The notes beneath the pieces were generated by a model. The model saw only the letters and a list, made by a program, of their open reading frames with translations, did not search any database and had not been told where the DNA came from. Positions 48,694-61,404 of a DNA stretch of 64,000 nt are shown one piece after another (position 1 is the stretch's first letter; each line of letters opens with the position of its first letter). The translations under genes were made by a program, and so were the position numbers. The stretch is from Podospora anserina (lineage: Eukaryota), in the NCBI GenBank assembly GCA_017654855.1, contig CM030338.1, forward strand, positions 2,852,001 through 2,916,000, written 5' to 3'.

Positions 48694-51600
48694 TGTAAAT
48701 ATTCCTCAATCCTCACCAGCCTTCGGCTTTGGCGCACGCAAAAAAAAAAAAAAAGACCGAGTTGTTGGTAGTGACCGGCAGATCCCAGGCAGTCAGAGAC
48801 AGGACAGGAAAAAAAACGGCGAGCGCGCTGGAAAACCGGAGCGATGATGCACTTCTGGGAGCTGGTTGTAGAGAATGGACAATAACAGATGAATTAGTCA
48901 AGCTCGAAACACAAAACTTGGGATGAAAAGTCGCGGAGCGGGTCTCTTGCAGGCCAGATGCCAGATGCCAGATGCCAGGGAAGAGTGAATGCGCGACGAA
49001 TCGAAGCGTGGATTTGCTTTGTGCTAGTAGTGTTTGTGGAAAGCAGCAGCGACTCACCTATTACGCTGCAAAACAGAAGCGATCTCAGCAACGAGTGGTT
49101 GTGACGGGAGAGGGAGATTCGGGGGGGAGAGAGGCCCCTTCGTGTTTCTCTGCTTTTTTTGGGGGGTTTGGTATTTGCAGAGGTTCTATTTTTTATTTTT
49201 TTTGGTACCTTGGCCGTTAGATGGCGAAAGTGGGTTGTCGTCACCGGGTCTGGCGGGATTGCAGCGGACAACTTTCAGCGAGGGCGACCGCGGAGAGCAG
49301 GTGCTGCGTCGTCAACGGAGTAAACCTGAACTGCAAAAAAGTAAATCACGTGTCGCTGGGTAGATCGCTATGGGGTCAGCAGCAGGATGGCCGCTTTGTT
49401 ATCGTCTTGTTAAGAGGGAGGAGGCAAAGGGGTCGGCTGGGCCGGTCGTCTTGGTCGAGAAAGTGAGGGTGTTCGCGGGACGGGAGGGTGATGAGAGGCT
49501 GCCACGGTCGGGAATGGGAACGGGATGGGCTCTGGCCTGCTCTGCTCTGCGCTCTGCTCTTCTGCGGGTGGTGCAAATGATGCTCCGTCGGCAGGAATTC
49601 GCGGGCGGTGTCTTAATGTCAGATAGAGGCTGTTATCGTCAACTGCGCAGTTTCCTGTGTGATCACAATCGTGTCGCCGTGGTTTAAGTCCGTCTCTGTG
49701 TGTTGATGTGTTGACGAATGGACCCGTGGGTTGGGATAGAGGTCGGAAAAATTCAGAGTTGGCAAGTTTGTTTGAGACTTTTTGGAGGAGGAGACCCCGG
49801 GGGGGCACACACTGACTGTCCGACAACTGGGGCGCTCCATCCACTACCCGCGAAAAATTATACTGCAGGACAGGGAGAAGCGCGTCATCTGCTAACAATA
49901 ATCGCCCGCAGACCAGTGCCCCAAGTGTTAGTCCGTCTACCCTACTAGATGCATTGTCGACTCCTGAGCCGGGATTGGCTGTGGATATCAACCCCTCGAC
50001 CCTCTCCTCCCTGCCCATTTCGCCCTTGGCAATCTAAAACGGATCTTCTTTGACCTCCCCCCCCCAAGCAGTGCTACTTTTGCCTGCCAAATACCCCACG
50101 GCGGCGAGGCCTGATATTTCTCCCCAAAAGGGCCGAGCTACCTATGGTTGTCTATTCTATTCTTTCTGTTCTTTTTTTCTGGTCTCTGGTCCCCAGCATC
50201 TGGCCGTCCTCCGTCTTATCTCACCGCCGACGCCTCTTTTTTATAGTAGCCTCGTGTACCAAGCACTCGTGCCCAGTTTCCCGTTTCTCCTGGCTGTTCA
50301 ACACGACGCTATGACGGTAGCCAAACAACCCAAGAAGAAAACGACTGGGCTTCGCTTCGCTGTTTCCGAGCACGTCTCTACGGATATACGACAGGCCCAG
50401 GTGCTTTGTGAAGCTCTTTGTCCTTGCCCTTCGATCCTCATCAGCTCTTTAACCTGCCTGCTTATACAACCAGGTGCTGGTGGGGGCCGGGCCTCGACCA
50501 ACTCGAGTTTGGAGGTCTCCCACGCAGACCTAGACTTGGCGCCGGGTCTCCTGGACTGCGCCCCAGGGGATTCCCAGGCCAGGTGGTCCAAAGGTATCAA
50601 GTTTGTGCCTTAGAGCGCGTTGCCGCTTGCCTTAGTCGTGGGATCCCTTCTGATTCGCTGTCACTCTTCCCTTCGCCGACGTCTCCCCTAACATGGCAAT
50701 CATCTACCTCATCCCCCTCATGGAAACATGTTTCCCCTATTCTGGTTTCACACCATAGCAACTAGAACCAGCACCGAGCGAGACCTCTCGCAGACTACCT
50801 TAGCCGAGCCCCTTCTGGCCGAATATTCCTATCTGTAAGTCCAGAGCAGGTGGTAAGTGGTGGCGTTGGACCTGGTTGGGTGCTACTGGGTGCTACTGGG
50901 TGCTTCTACATGGCTTACATATCAAGTCGTACAGGTGCAGCACCCAGCTTCCACCAAGAGGCTACTCGTGACTCACCGGGCACCATCCACTGTGTTTCCT
51001 TTCGGTGAAGAGACGTTGCGAATTAAGAACAAGACCGGATTCCCATGAAGGGGTTTCCCACCAGAGAGAGCTAAGATGACCTTGTCCCCCTCTTTCGACC
51101 GGATAGAGCACCAGAGCACCGGGACACCTGCCTCTCTTGTGCTCCCCCTCATTTGCCGCAATGGACTTCTGTTGGGCGTTGCGTTGAGCACCACCCACAC
51201 ACTGTCGGCCAAGGCGGGGTTCTCCCCTCTGCCCCTCGTTTCCTGCCCGCCCATTTCTGCCCCTCCAACGATGCTGTCATAGCAATGATCCATTTCTGAT
51301 TGAAAAAGGTTCCAGACCAGACCACAAATCACATGATCACCCCGTCTGCCTTCCACTCTCTTACCCAATCACTCCGCCCAAGTCGAGGATAGACAGGCGA
51401 GCGTTTCTGTATGTAACCCGATCGGTAGTACATCGCGCCAATCAAGTCCATACCGTTCTTTTTCCTCTTCGTTTTCTCTCTGGGGTAGAAACTCCACAAA
51501 TACCTTCCCTGTTCGGCTACTCGCAGCAAATGGTCTCTCGACGGGTATATGTCATGCTGGAGCCGTTGGATTGCTGATCAGAGAGCGATCAGTGTCATTT

Positions 51601-52979
51601 TGACAATCACGCTGAAACCCTTTACGTAGGACCGACACAACGATATCTGTGGAAAAAACATACCCGCGGCAGGCAATTGCCGGCCTGGTTTGCTTCTCTA
51701 TGCAGTCATGGTATCCACGAAATCACATCAACATCGCTGATAATTGGGGTCATGCAGCTACCCTTGAAAATCTACACGGCATAGCCAAGGCAACCAGCGC
51801 CACCTTGCTGCGACAGGGCCCATTATGATGATGGCAAGGCAAACTGAAGTCGTGATCACGGACTGATGTAGGAGTAAGCGCTAGAACAGCCTCTTTTGCA
51901 GTGGATAGGTTGGGGAAGGTATCATAGCCTCAGGATTGCCCATCTCGGCCGGGTACCTATATCGACAAAATCAACCAAGGCTACGTAACACGGGTGAATG
52001 TTGACTTCTCAGAAAGAAGTGCACCAGCCGCCCTGTGTCACGGAATATTCACGATACACCAGACAATCCACCTTGCCCAGTAACATTACACAAGAATTTG
52101 TTCCCCAGAGTTCCAAATTGATGACTCGTCAGAAGCAGAGAGCTTATCTCCTCGGGTACGACAAAAAAAGTCGATGTCAGTTACACAAAACTACCATCTC
52201 CATGTGTAACCAAAACACACAAAGCAGCAACTTATAATGAGACTGACTGCATTCCATATATTGAGACCCCTTAAAAGAGCTAAATCAATTTTCATGATAC
52301 CCTCAGTTCACCAGACTCACTACTGACAAAAGCATCCGCCGAACTTTTTCCTAGTTTTATACTCAACAGCAACCACAAACCAACCACACCACGACACATC
52401 TTTCATCATCAGCAAAGAAAATACTGCTGTCACTACTACCAGGCGTTTGCTGCTACTCCTCTCCCTTTACCACCAAACAGTTAAGTTATCCACCTCAACA
52501 CAACACTCACAATAAGGAGGGTTCGTATCCAACCCCCCTTCTCCCCGTTCTTCTTTCCTTCCTCCCCCCTCAGCCCAAAACCAGACTCACAAACATCACC
52601 TCTTTCCTTCCGGAGATCTTTCGCTCCTTCTTTTGCTCTCCGTCTTTCGTTTCTGTGGTCTAGATCTCTTTCATCTTCTTCTTCTTCTTCTCTCCACATG
52701 ATTCCAACCCAATGTTACTCTATCCTACATATTGGGCTGCAAAAAATATGTGAGCAAATTCCTTTTTTGTCAAAATTCTCGCTCGATGTCTACTTCCGAT
52801 ACGGAACATACTTCTCAGCTGAATCATGTCCACTTTATTCAGCAATGTACTTCTGGTTCAAAAGGGGCTCTCGAGTTGTAAAAGAGAAACCAAATCTTCC
52901 ATGGACGGAACCGGGGGGCAAGGTTCCAATTTGAATCTAAAGTTACCAGATAAGGAAAAAAGAAAGTCCAAAAGAGAAT

Positions 52980-53082
52980 TGGGCGACCCCGGAATCGAAC
53001 CGGGGTTTCTTCGGAATCGTATGTGATGTTTGTCTCCCAAACAAACCACAACGAAGCGTCCTGACCACTAGACTAGTCACCC
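52980..53082 (-). tRNA. tRNA-His (anticodon GTG) with 31-nt intron (53015-53045)
   Basis: Acceptor GGGTGAC/GTCGCCC, D arm GTCT-AGTGGTCA-GGAC, anticodon stem CTTCG/CGAAG with TT-GTG-G then an intron at canonical 37/38, T arm CCCGG-TTCGATT-CCGGG. Confidence 0.92.
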
Positions 53083-53999
53083 GGTGAGGTATTTTACCCG
53101 AATTTGATGTCTGGCCGGTGTGGAAAGAGGGTTTTTCAAAGCCTCTCACTGTGGGTTGCGTTTGTGGGGCTTTGTGTGAGTCAAGAATGTGGAGGTAGGT
53201 GGGTGGGCATGAGAGGGTTGTGGCTTAAAGGTTCTGGGAAGCTGGAAAGAGGCTTGGGTTGGGGACGGTTGTCAACTTGTCGTGAGATGAGAAGCTTGAC
53301 TAGCATGCACCCGAGCCACAGGAAGATGATCGAGAATGCAAATGCAGATATCTGTTGAGAGGATGACACACAGCTAAAGGCTTTAAAAGAGGATACACAA
53401 TAGACAGAATTTCGGCGCGCAATATGCATTGTGATATCTTCTGCAATAGTGGTATTGGCTCGCTGTGCTTGCCAAGTATCAAACTCTCCACGAGAAGAGC
53501 TCGTCTTCCTTCGAATTTGAAGATCGCGAGATACTTTCTGTCATCCTTGTGAGAATGATTGATGCTCATAGGCACCCTAAGCCTCTAGTCAAGTGATGGC
53601 GAATGAAGACTAGAATGAGCGCGAGAAGCGAAGGTTCAGTTCGTCCAGACCTCTTTCAGCTTGAACAGACCAACCTATCCACCTAGGCGCTTCCTTGGTC
53701 GAGCCCAGCTGCTACCGCAACTAGAGACATCAACAGTTTGATTCCGTCTGCTCTCAAATTATGTAGCTCTCAAATATGCTGCCCTTCCACCGCGGCGCGT
53801 GTTTGCCTGTCTGCGAAACTGTCGAGTCCTGTGACTACCGCAGAGAAGACTCGCGCAAACAGCCACAACAACCGCCACGACGCACCTAGCCCATTCTGTC
53901 TAATCCAACGCAGCAATGGCAAAATACCCCAACGCCGTCGCTAATGCAGTTTTGGTTTTTCTCATTTTTGTTGTACGTGCTCGTATAAACGTGAATTAA

Positions 54000-54654
54000 T
54001 CATTGCATGAGTTCCTCGCAGGTCCAGTCCTCGTACCTAAAAAGCATGTCAGTGGATGATAGCTCAGACCGCTAAGCTGGCGAAAAACTCACGTTCCATC
54101 AGGCATGTACCGGCGCACAATGAGGGGAATCTTCTTTTCCCTGAGCTCTTTGATGGCAATCTGCAGGGGATCCGTCTCACCCTCAAGGTCAACCAGCACA
54201 GGCGCATTCATGCTGTTGGTTGCCGTTAATCCCCAGGCATCATTCTCAAATGCTACAACCAACGCGACTCACCTGATCTGGAGAGCTCTTGTGCCGAGAA
54301 TGCGCGCCTTCTCGTACTTGGTCATATATGGTGTTGTCTTGCGCTGGTCGTTGGGAATCTTCTTGTCCTTGTGCGACTTCTCAGTGCCCTTGCCGTGGTT
54401 GGCGGCCGCGTTGGGGTCGCCAGAGTTGACTACTTGGTTTGGGTCTTCGTCATCGCCAACGGGGCGGTTGTCGGCTTCGTCATCTTCCACTGGCTCGTAG
54501 TACTCATCGGGGTCCTCCTCGAAGGCGGGCTCATCGGCGCTGTATCAATCAGTCAGCGATTGGCCTTTCCTCGGCAGAAAGAAGCAGAAGCAAAGCAGAA
54601 AACTCAGGGAGGCGCGTACATGGGATCGCGGTCGTCGTCGCCAAAGTCAGACAT
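54000..54654 (-). CDS. RPB6: RNA polymerases I/II/III shared subunit Rpb6; exons 54654-54620, 54539-54273, 54212-54093, 54036-54000
   Basis: [68 protein letters not shown] after splicing three introns. Confidence 0.95.
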
Positions 54655-55044
54655 GTTGTTGATCTGATGGAATGATACGATCCGAGAGAGACTGGGTGTG
54701 AGGATATGCGTAGTGGTGATGGGCAACAATGTCGGCTTTGTTGCGGCGATGAAATGGATGTTGCGTGGAACTGGGTGAAGCAAGTCTGGTAGGCGGCTGA
54801 AGGAGGGATCGTAAAATTATTTAAGTGGGCCCTGCGCAATGCGCAAGGCTGACCATTCACCGCGACTGGTTGGCGACGCGGGGGTGTGTGGGTCTAGGTG
54901 CTTTGCCGGCCGGGAGCTCAGTCGCACCTACAAAAAAGTTCGATATCGACGTTATCGCATTGAGCTGAACCTTGTTCTTGCAACGAACTGGTCCTTGATC
55001 TCAAGACTCCCGTCACCCACCCTCTTTGCTTGCTCTGGCCAGTC

Positions 55045-56856
55045 ATGTCTGCCAGAGCAACAAGAGCCATGAAGCGAAAGGCTGATAACCGCGGCGAGTC
55101 GGCAGACTCGACCAAGCGCCAGCAACTCGACCTGGCCGACCAGGAGCTCGACAAGGGCAGCCCGGAGCAAGAAACTGCAGAATCCACCTCCATTTACGAT
55201 GGCAACGATGCTGCTTCTGATACTGCCTCTCCCCCAGGCGACACCAATACCGTTGGGGCAACCTCGATCTCTACCTCCCGCCGAGGCCGCAAGTTCCCCT
55301 CCGATATGAAGACGATCAAGTGCACTTTCCCTGGCTGCGACAAGAGCTTCAACCGACCTGCTCGCCTGGTGTCTCATCTTCGAAGCCACACCGGCGATCG
55401 AATCCACCGCTGCACCTATGAAGGATGCGACAAATCCTACCTCGAAGAGAAACACCTGACGCAACACATCAAGGGTTCCCACACCCACGAGAAGAACTAC
55501 GTCTGCAACGTCGAAGGATGCGGCAAAGCTTTCGTCACCAATACGAGACTCAAGAGGCATGCTGCCGTTCATGAAGGTGCTGAGCGATTTCGATGCCGAG
55601 ACTATGAGGGTTGCAGTGAGAGCTTCCGGAAGCGTGAGACTCTGCAGCGGCACATTCGGACCAGGCACCTCAACCAGGCCGGTTTCCCTTGTCTGCAAGA
55701 CGGTTGCCAAGAGGGCTTCGACAGCGCCGGTGCTCTCCGGCGTCACACGGAGCGCGAGCATGGGCAACTACGGTTTTGGTGCGACGAGTGCGCCAAGGAG
55801 ACGGACGAGGATGGTGAAGAGAAAAGGGTTGGGTTTACGACGTTGAATATGCTTAAGACTCATGCTAGAACTGAGCACCGAGCGTGTCCTTTCTGCGACA
55901 AGAAGATCGGCCGGCAGTTTCAGCTGGAGGAGCACATGGAGAATATGCACTCTGGAAAATCCGTCGAGGAGAGAAAGGATGTGCCTTGCAACTGGCCAGG
56001 GTGCGAGAGCATGTTCACCCGAAAGTCCAACATGATGACGCACTACCGAAGTGCGCACGAAGGCAAGAAGTTTGTCTGTGGCGAGGTCAACACTTTCAAC
56101 ACGCCCGATATCGCGGATTGGAACTGGCAAGAGGAGGGTTGCAAGGCTCCGTTTGTTAGCAAGCTCAAGCTTGAGGAGCACATCCGATTTGTTCACCTAG
56201 GAAGGAAGCGTCCGGAGAGAACCATCACCCTGAACTTTGACGGACCGGACGAGGTGGACGAGATGACGGCGGCAGTCGACAAGAAGAAGCTTGCCTGCAG
56301 TGTACTTGGGTGCGAAGCGAGGTTCATCAGATATGCGGATCTCAACAAGCATTTGGAAGCTCATCAGAGACAGGCTTCAAGCATCGATGATGGATATGCT
56401 CAACAAGCGCAGCCCAATGTTGCCGTCGAGGCAGGATATGAGCCCCGAGATTTTATTCTTTCTGCCCCTCAAGACGGATATGGAAACCAGGACCACATGC
56501 TTGTCGTGCCTGATGCTGGGTATGGCGATCAAGGCCATATTCTCACCGCCAACAGCGCCTACGTCGCTCCGACCAACAGGTACGGCAACCAGGACCATAT
56601 TCTCAACGATCTTAAGAACGAGCCGGGGATTCCAGATCTGACTGGGGATGCGCCTCACGGTCTTGCACTTGATCCGGAGCTGCAGGCTTCGACAATGGAC
56701 ATGCGGCTTCAGGGGCCAGATGATCAGCAACAGCAGCAACAGCAGGATCTAGATCCCAACTTTTATCCTGCTTTGGCGAATATGCTCGGAGGGGACACCC
56801 ACGCCAACGCCGATTGGAATGTGATGAACGAACTGCTTGGCCATGGTCAGTATTAG
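55045..56856 (+). CDS. PZF1: Transcription factor IIIA (multi-C2H2 zinc finger)
   Basis: About 9-10 C2H2 fingers starting CTFPGCDKSFNRPARLVSHLRSH, CTYEGCDKSYLEEKHLTQH. Divergent from RPB6 as in yeast. Start ATG 55045 or 55069. Confidence 0.82.
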   Translation: MSARATRAMKRKADNRGESADSTKRQQLDLADQELDKGSPEQETAESTSIYDGNDAASDTASPPGDTNTVGATSISTSRRGRKFPSDMKTIKCTFPGCDKSFNRPARLVSHLRSHTGDRIHRCTYEGCDKSYLEEKHLTQHIKGSHTHEKNYVCNVEGCGKAFVTNTRLKRHAAVHEGAERFRCRDYEGCSESFRKRETLQRHIRTRHLNQAGFPCLQDGCQEGFDSAGALRRHTEREHGQLRFWCDECAKETDEDGEEKRVGFTTLNMLKTHARTEHRACPFCDKKIGRQFQLEEHMENMHSGKSVEERKDVPCNWPGCESMFTRKSNMMTHYRSAHEGKKFVCGEVNTFNTPDIADWNWQEEGCKAPFVSKLKLEEHIRFVHLGRKRPERTITLNFDGPDEVDEMTAAVDKKKLACSVLGCEARFIRYADLNKHLEAHQRQASSIDDGYAQQAQPNVAVEAGYEPRDFILSAPQDGYGNQDHMLVVPDAGYGDQGHILTANSAYVAPTNRYGNQDHILNDLKNEPGIPDLTGDAPHGLALDPELQASTMDMRLQGPDDQQQQQQQDLDPNFYPALANMLGGDTHANADWNVMNELLGHGQY

Positions 56857-57360
56857 GGAGACTGGGCTGGTTTGTAGTTTGCTGAATTCGGAGGGCATGG
56901 GCATGGGAATGGCGTTTGGGGGTTTAAATTAGAGATACCAGTTTTTTTATGTTTGGCACAGGTCGGTTTCCTATTGTGTTATAGCGACGTATGTATTGTT
57001 TCTTTTGGGGGTGACGGATATATTGTGCTAGGCATGGCATGGGGACTATGATGGTATCAAAAAGTTCGGTTATGTTTTCTACAACAAAAGCGGTTTGACA
57101 CCCTTTCTAGGGGTAATATCGATAGATATACTATAGAGAGAAATGTGGGCAGCGAAGGGTGGGTCTGTAAGGTAGGTATCATTTATGTTGGAGAGCCAGA
57201 GCGTTATATGAATCAACAACAAATCAGTTTTGATCATAATCAAAGCCATTTCCTTCAATGTAGTAGACATGCTACGGCCCAGCCTCATTTTACTAGACGA
57301 TTGTTGACTAGTGTTCATTTGAGGGACTATATTCCAAGAATAACTGATAACTACCACCAC

Positions 57361-58145
57361 CTACTGACAATCCTCACAATTCTCCTTCCCCTCAATGGTG
57401 CACACCTTTCCCTCCTCCTCGACTTTCTTTTCTTCTTTCCCCTTCTCTACCCCCTCCTCTCTCTTGTCCTCTCCCTCACCAGATTTGGGCTTGGAATAAT
57501 CCTTGTCCACGTGCCCCAACCCCCTCCCGGGATCGATAACGTCCCTCACGCGTCTCTTGAGCTCTTTTGTTTCGGGGAATCCACCGTCGGTCTTCCTGTC
57601 CCAGAGGATTTTCGTCAGAAGCTTGACTTGATCGCTACTCCCGGCTTCAGTAGTAGTAGCGGGAGAAGAGGTGGTGATCTCGACGATGAATACACCTCCG
57701 GTTGACGGCTGGAGGGCAACTTCGCCTAGGGAGGTTGAGAAGGTTGATAGGAGCTCTTGGGCGAACTTTGAGGGGTTGTTGTGTTAGTTGAAGGCTAGCG
57801 AATCTATTGGGAGGGGTGAGGAGTGGCGAAGTGCTGGTGTGGTATACATCGGCGGGAATGAACTGTGCCAGGCGATATAATAGTATGAGGTGCAGAAGAA
57901 GAAAAAAAGCAGATCAACTCCCTGAATTGAAACAAGAGCTGGACCTGGACAGCAAAACACAGGGGGCGTTTAGGAAATAGTTCTCCCAAGTTCAACCGAC
58001 AATAACGGTTCGAGACGATGCAATGAGAAAAAGAACTCACATAAGCAGCCCTCAACATCCACTTGCACTGCGTACAAAACTGTATCGTCACCCTCGGCAG
58101 TCGGGTCGTCGTGGCCGTACTTTCGGTAACCTGCTGCTCTGCCAT
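57361..58145 (-). CDS. Rdx-family (SelT/SelW/SelH-like) thioredoxin-fold protein; exons 58145-58041, 57765-57361
   Basis: RVTIQFCTQCKWMLRAAY|FAQELLSTF...GGVFIVE...WDRKTDGGFPETKELKRRVRDVIDP. Intron GTGAGT...ACTAAC...AAG. Confidence 0.87.
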
Positions 58146-59466
58146 CGTGTCCCGATTTGCTGGTTGCCAAACAATCTCAAACCGATGGCTGGCGGATATG
58201 CGTGATGAGTTGTCTCCCCCGTTCGTTTAACAAAGACGCACATACATACATACATACATACATACATTAGGAAAGCAGACTAAAAAAGCGGTACCTGCAT
58301 AAAATGGGTACGTAAACTGCGTCATTCGACTTGCAGAAAATCCACTCTCTCAAAACGGTTTTCCCATATTGAAGATCACTTTTATAACTCTCCTTCAAAA
58401 CATCCCCATGGCAAGACACAATTTCACATCGCAAAAACACACACACACACACACAAACACACGTTTAAAGTTTAATAGTGGTATATCTTCATTCGCCTTT
58501 CTTCAGTCCTCATTCGTGAACCCATTTAGCAGGAACCTACACCATGGGCTTAAAAAAAAACACAATAACCATAGCGTACTTTATATACAGAGAGCCCGAG
58601 AGGAAAAAAACAGACCAGATATAATAATAAGAAATAATAAGGGGGTGTTGTGTGGTCGGGGAGGAGAGGGAGAGAGAGGGTGAAGAGAAGAACAAAAAAC
58701 AGGGGGAGCTTTGCAGAGACGGGCAACGACAAGAGAGCCGAGCTACAGCTACAACTTTGGGGGAATAGTCAAAACAGCAAAAAAACAAAACTAAGAAGGA
58801 AGAAAAAAACAGGAAGGAAGTTTTAGGTATTACAGGCCGAAAAGCTGCACAGTCTGTCCGTCCGAGACCTTCCCTGCCGAAAAAGAATTTGCGATTCGCC
58901 GTCAAAGGTAGGGTAGTAGAAGAAAATAAAATAAAAAGGTTCCGAGAAAAAAATGGGGTATGAGTTTTGGTGTTTTGAGGGCGTAATCGTTGTAGGAAAA
59001 GCCGTTGCTGTCGTCGTTCTCGATCCTCCCCCCTTTTTTTTCTTGCTGTCGATGCCCCCCCCCCCCTCCCTCCCTCTCCTCTCTCTTTGCTTGGTTTGCC
59101 ATGGGTCAAGGTGAAAGTTGAGCTCTGTCCGTCCGTGCTGGATCGTGAGTGAGAGCGATGGCGGTTTGGTTGTAGGAAAAAGAAAAATCATCGGTCGCTG
59201 TCCTCCCAGTTCCATCCAACGCGCATGTCCCATTTTTGTCGGCCCAAATTCCACCCAATCCGAATGCTCCGAAAATACCAAAAGACGTTTCTGTTCTCAC
59301 AAAGCCTTTTCGTCGGGGTCGAGGCGGAATAATCGAACAAGACACCGGCGAAAGAGGGGGTGCACCACATCAAAGACACTCAGAAAATACACAGCCGATT
59401 CCGAGCCGTGCCAGGGACACGAGCAAAGGGTCTGCGCTTCCGACTCGACATGTTCTGTAGCTCATC

Positions 59467-59808
59467 CTACATCACTACACAGCAGCCGTTGCTCTGTTGT
59501 GGTGCGTAGGGATCCTCGCCCTTTGGCACAGGACCCCAGACGCTGGGCACCATGTAGTCTCTGGTGCTGTTGCAATAGGCGATGATACTAGAGAGGAATG
59601 CGCGTCAGTAAGGGGATACGACGCGATGCGGGTGTGGTGCGCCCTACCTCTTCGATGCTTGGCTTACGGGGATGCGCTCTCTTTCGAGATCTTCACGTAG
59701 CCGATTGTTCAATTCTGTCAATCGACGAAGCTTGAGATCCGCCATGCTCTGCTTGGTCTTCTTGATCTGCGACGGGTCGCCGACATCGCGCGATGTGTAT
59801 TGGGGCAT
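59467..59808 (-). CDS. gng-1: Heterotrimeric G-protein gamma subunit; exons 59808-59648, 59587-59467
   Basis: MPQYTSRDVGDP...[48 protein letters not shown]...GCCVVM* with CaaX box. Confidence 0.93.
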
Positions 59809-61394
59809 CTTGGGAGGTTTTCTCGGTGCTGACTTTGGGGTTCCAGCAGAGTCGCGCTTGGGAATTAAGGGGAGAGACGCTGGTGGCGGCTTCCTTTCTG
59901 GCTTGGCAGAAAAAACTGGCGACCGAGGCCGGCCGTTGGGTATTGATGAAGGAGAATTAACTGGCCGCGATGGCTCTTGTTGCTCTGATTGCTGCGGCGG
60001 CTCACGGGGGCTGGCGTCGTTGATGTCGCCCTGGTGCTGCGGCTCGGCGGTCGGAATCCGCGACGACGCCGACGAGTCGTGAGATTTTCGTGGCTGCTGG
60101 TCCATTACGGCGTGTCAGTGACCCTATCGCGATGTTTCAAACGAATTGTGCTTTGATGGATGGTGATTGATGCTGTCGTCTTCCAATCCAATTGAAAAGG
60201 CTAGAAGGGACGGGTCGCACAGTTTGTTCCCCATTGCTGGAGACGGGAAGCTGGCACTCACATGTGTTCAAAGCAGATAAAGGCCGTGTTTCGGTTGTGG
60301 CGGTTGTCAAGGAATGAATGGATTGAAGAGAAAGAGGCGCGCGGATGACTGGTATGCGATTGCCTCGATTGACCACAAGCTGGTTGGAATGGGCGGATGG
60401 GCGGATGGGATTGGCGAAGCGACACACGGCGAGCGGGAGCAAGAACTCGGGAAGGGGGTTGATTCAGGAATCTCTCTCTCTCTTGCTCAGGAGCGGGTGA
60501 TGGTCCGTGCTGACTGCCTGCTACCAAAAAGCTGGGCGAAAAGTAAATGAGATGTCCAGGGGAGGTTAGATTAGCCCGATAGCAAATCATACGACCAATT
60601 AACGCATCTCGGGGGTGAGCATGTAGTGAATCCTCTGTCTGTTTAGATGCAATAGATATCTTCTAGGTACAATAGATCCCGTTTTCTATTCTCCGAGGGA
60701 ATTGCCCATTCAATCAATATCCAGAATACCGACCGACTATTGACATGTTGTGCTCTTTTGCAGGCGTCATCGACTGACCTCTAGCGACCTAGCTAAGAGG
60801 TGTCCGACAGGTACATGGCGGGCCCCCATCCAGTGGCTAGCTACTCGCGCATGCTTGCAGCAGCTGAGGGTTTTTGCTGTTTCATGGACGGGGAACCTTG
60901 ACCTCTGTCTCTTCTCGAGAGCTTGTCTCGGGATAAGAGCAAACTGGGTCTTTCGAGATTCGACATTCTCGGGCCGCTTTCTCAGACCGATACTGTACCA
61001 ATGCCGACAACTCCCTTCTGATGATGCCTTTCTGCGCATCCGCTATGACTGCAAGGTCTGCAACGATGGCTCTCGGCCGCATGAGGCATCGACAATGTGC
61101 CTTGGCAGAAGCGTTTTGACATTGTTCTCAACGCCTTTTTGCCTAGGGCCCCGCAATGTGCATATAAGGGAGAAGAGCCCCACCACGGCCAAGGTTGCAG
61201 TGCAAAGTCCAAAACAACAAGGGAAGCCCCAAAGTTTGTGCTCTGCTCAGCGAGGTGAAGAGGCTGCCCTGTCAAAGAGCAAGACAAACTCGCCCGCGAG
61301 AGCATACTCTTTAGGCCTTCCCAAGTAGTGTCTGGCAACTGAAATCAAATACACCGCTCTTGGTGCTGAAAACCACATCCATTTCCAGGCTGCC

Positions 61395-61404
61395 GTCACG
61401 TGAC
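61395..61404. promoter_or_regulatory. Palindromic E-box GTCACGTGAC upstream of eIF3a
   Basis: Perfect 10-bp palindrome about 220 bp upstream of the ATG, matching the Cbf1-type bHLH consensus. Function is inferred. Confidence 0.35.

Noticed and set aside
57361..58145. Selenoprotein
   Set aside because: The motif is CTQC with ordinary Cys codons, and there is no in-frame TGA.
58238..58266. (CATA)n and other microsatellites (3690, 45830, 46236)
   Set aside because: Ordinary simple repeats in intergenic or UTR DNA.
60587..60650. Resemblance to fungal 5S rRNA ends (CATACGACCA...GGGTGA...GAATCC...CTGTT)
   Set aside because: Only about 60 nt with the central region and box A missing. Short matches may be chance, at best a heavily decayed relic.
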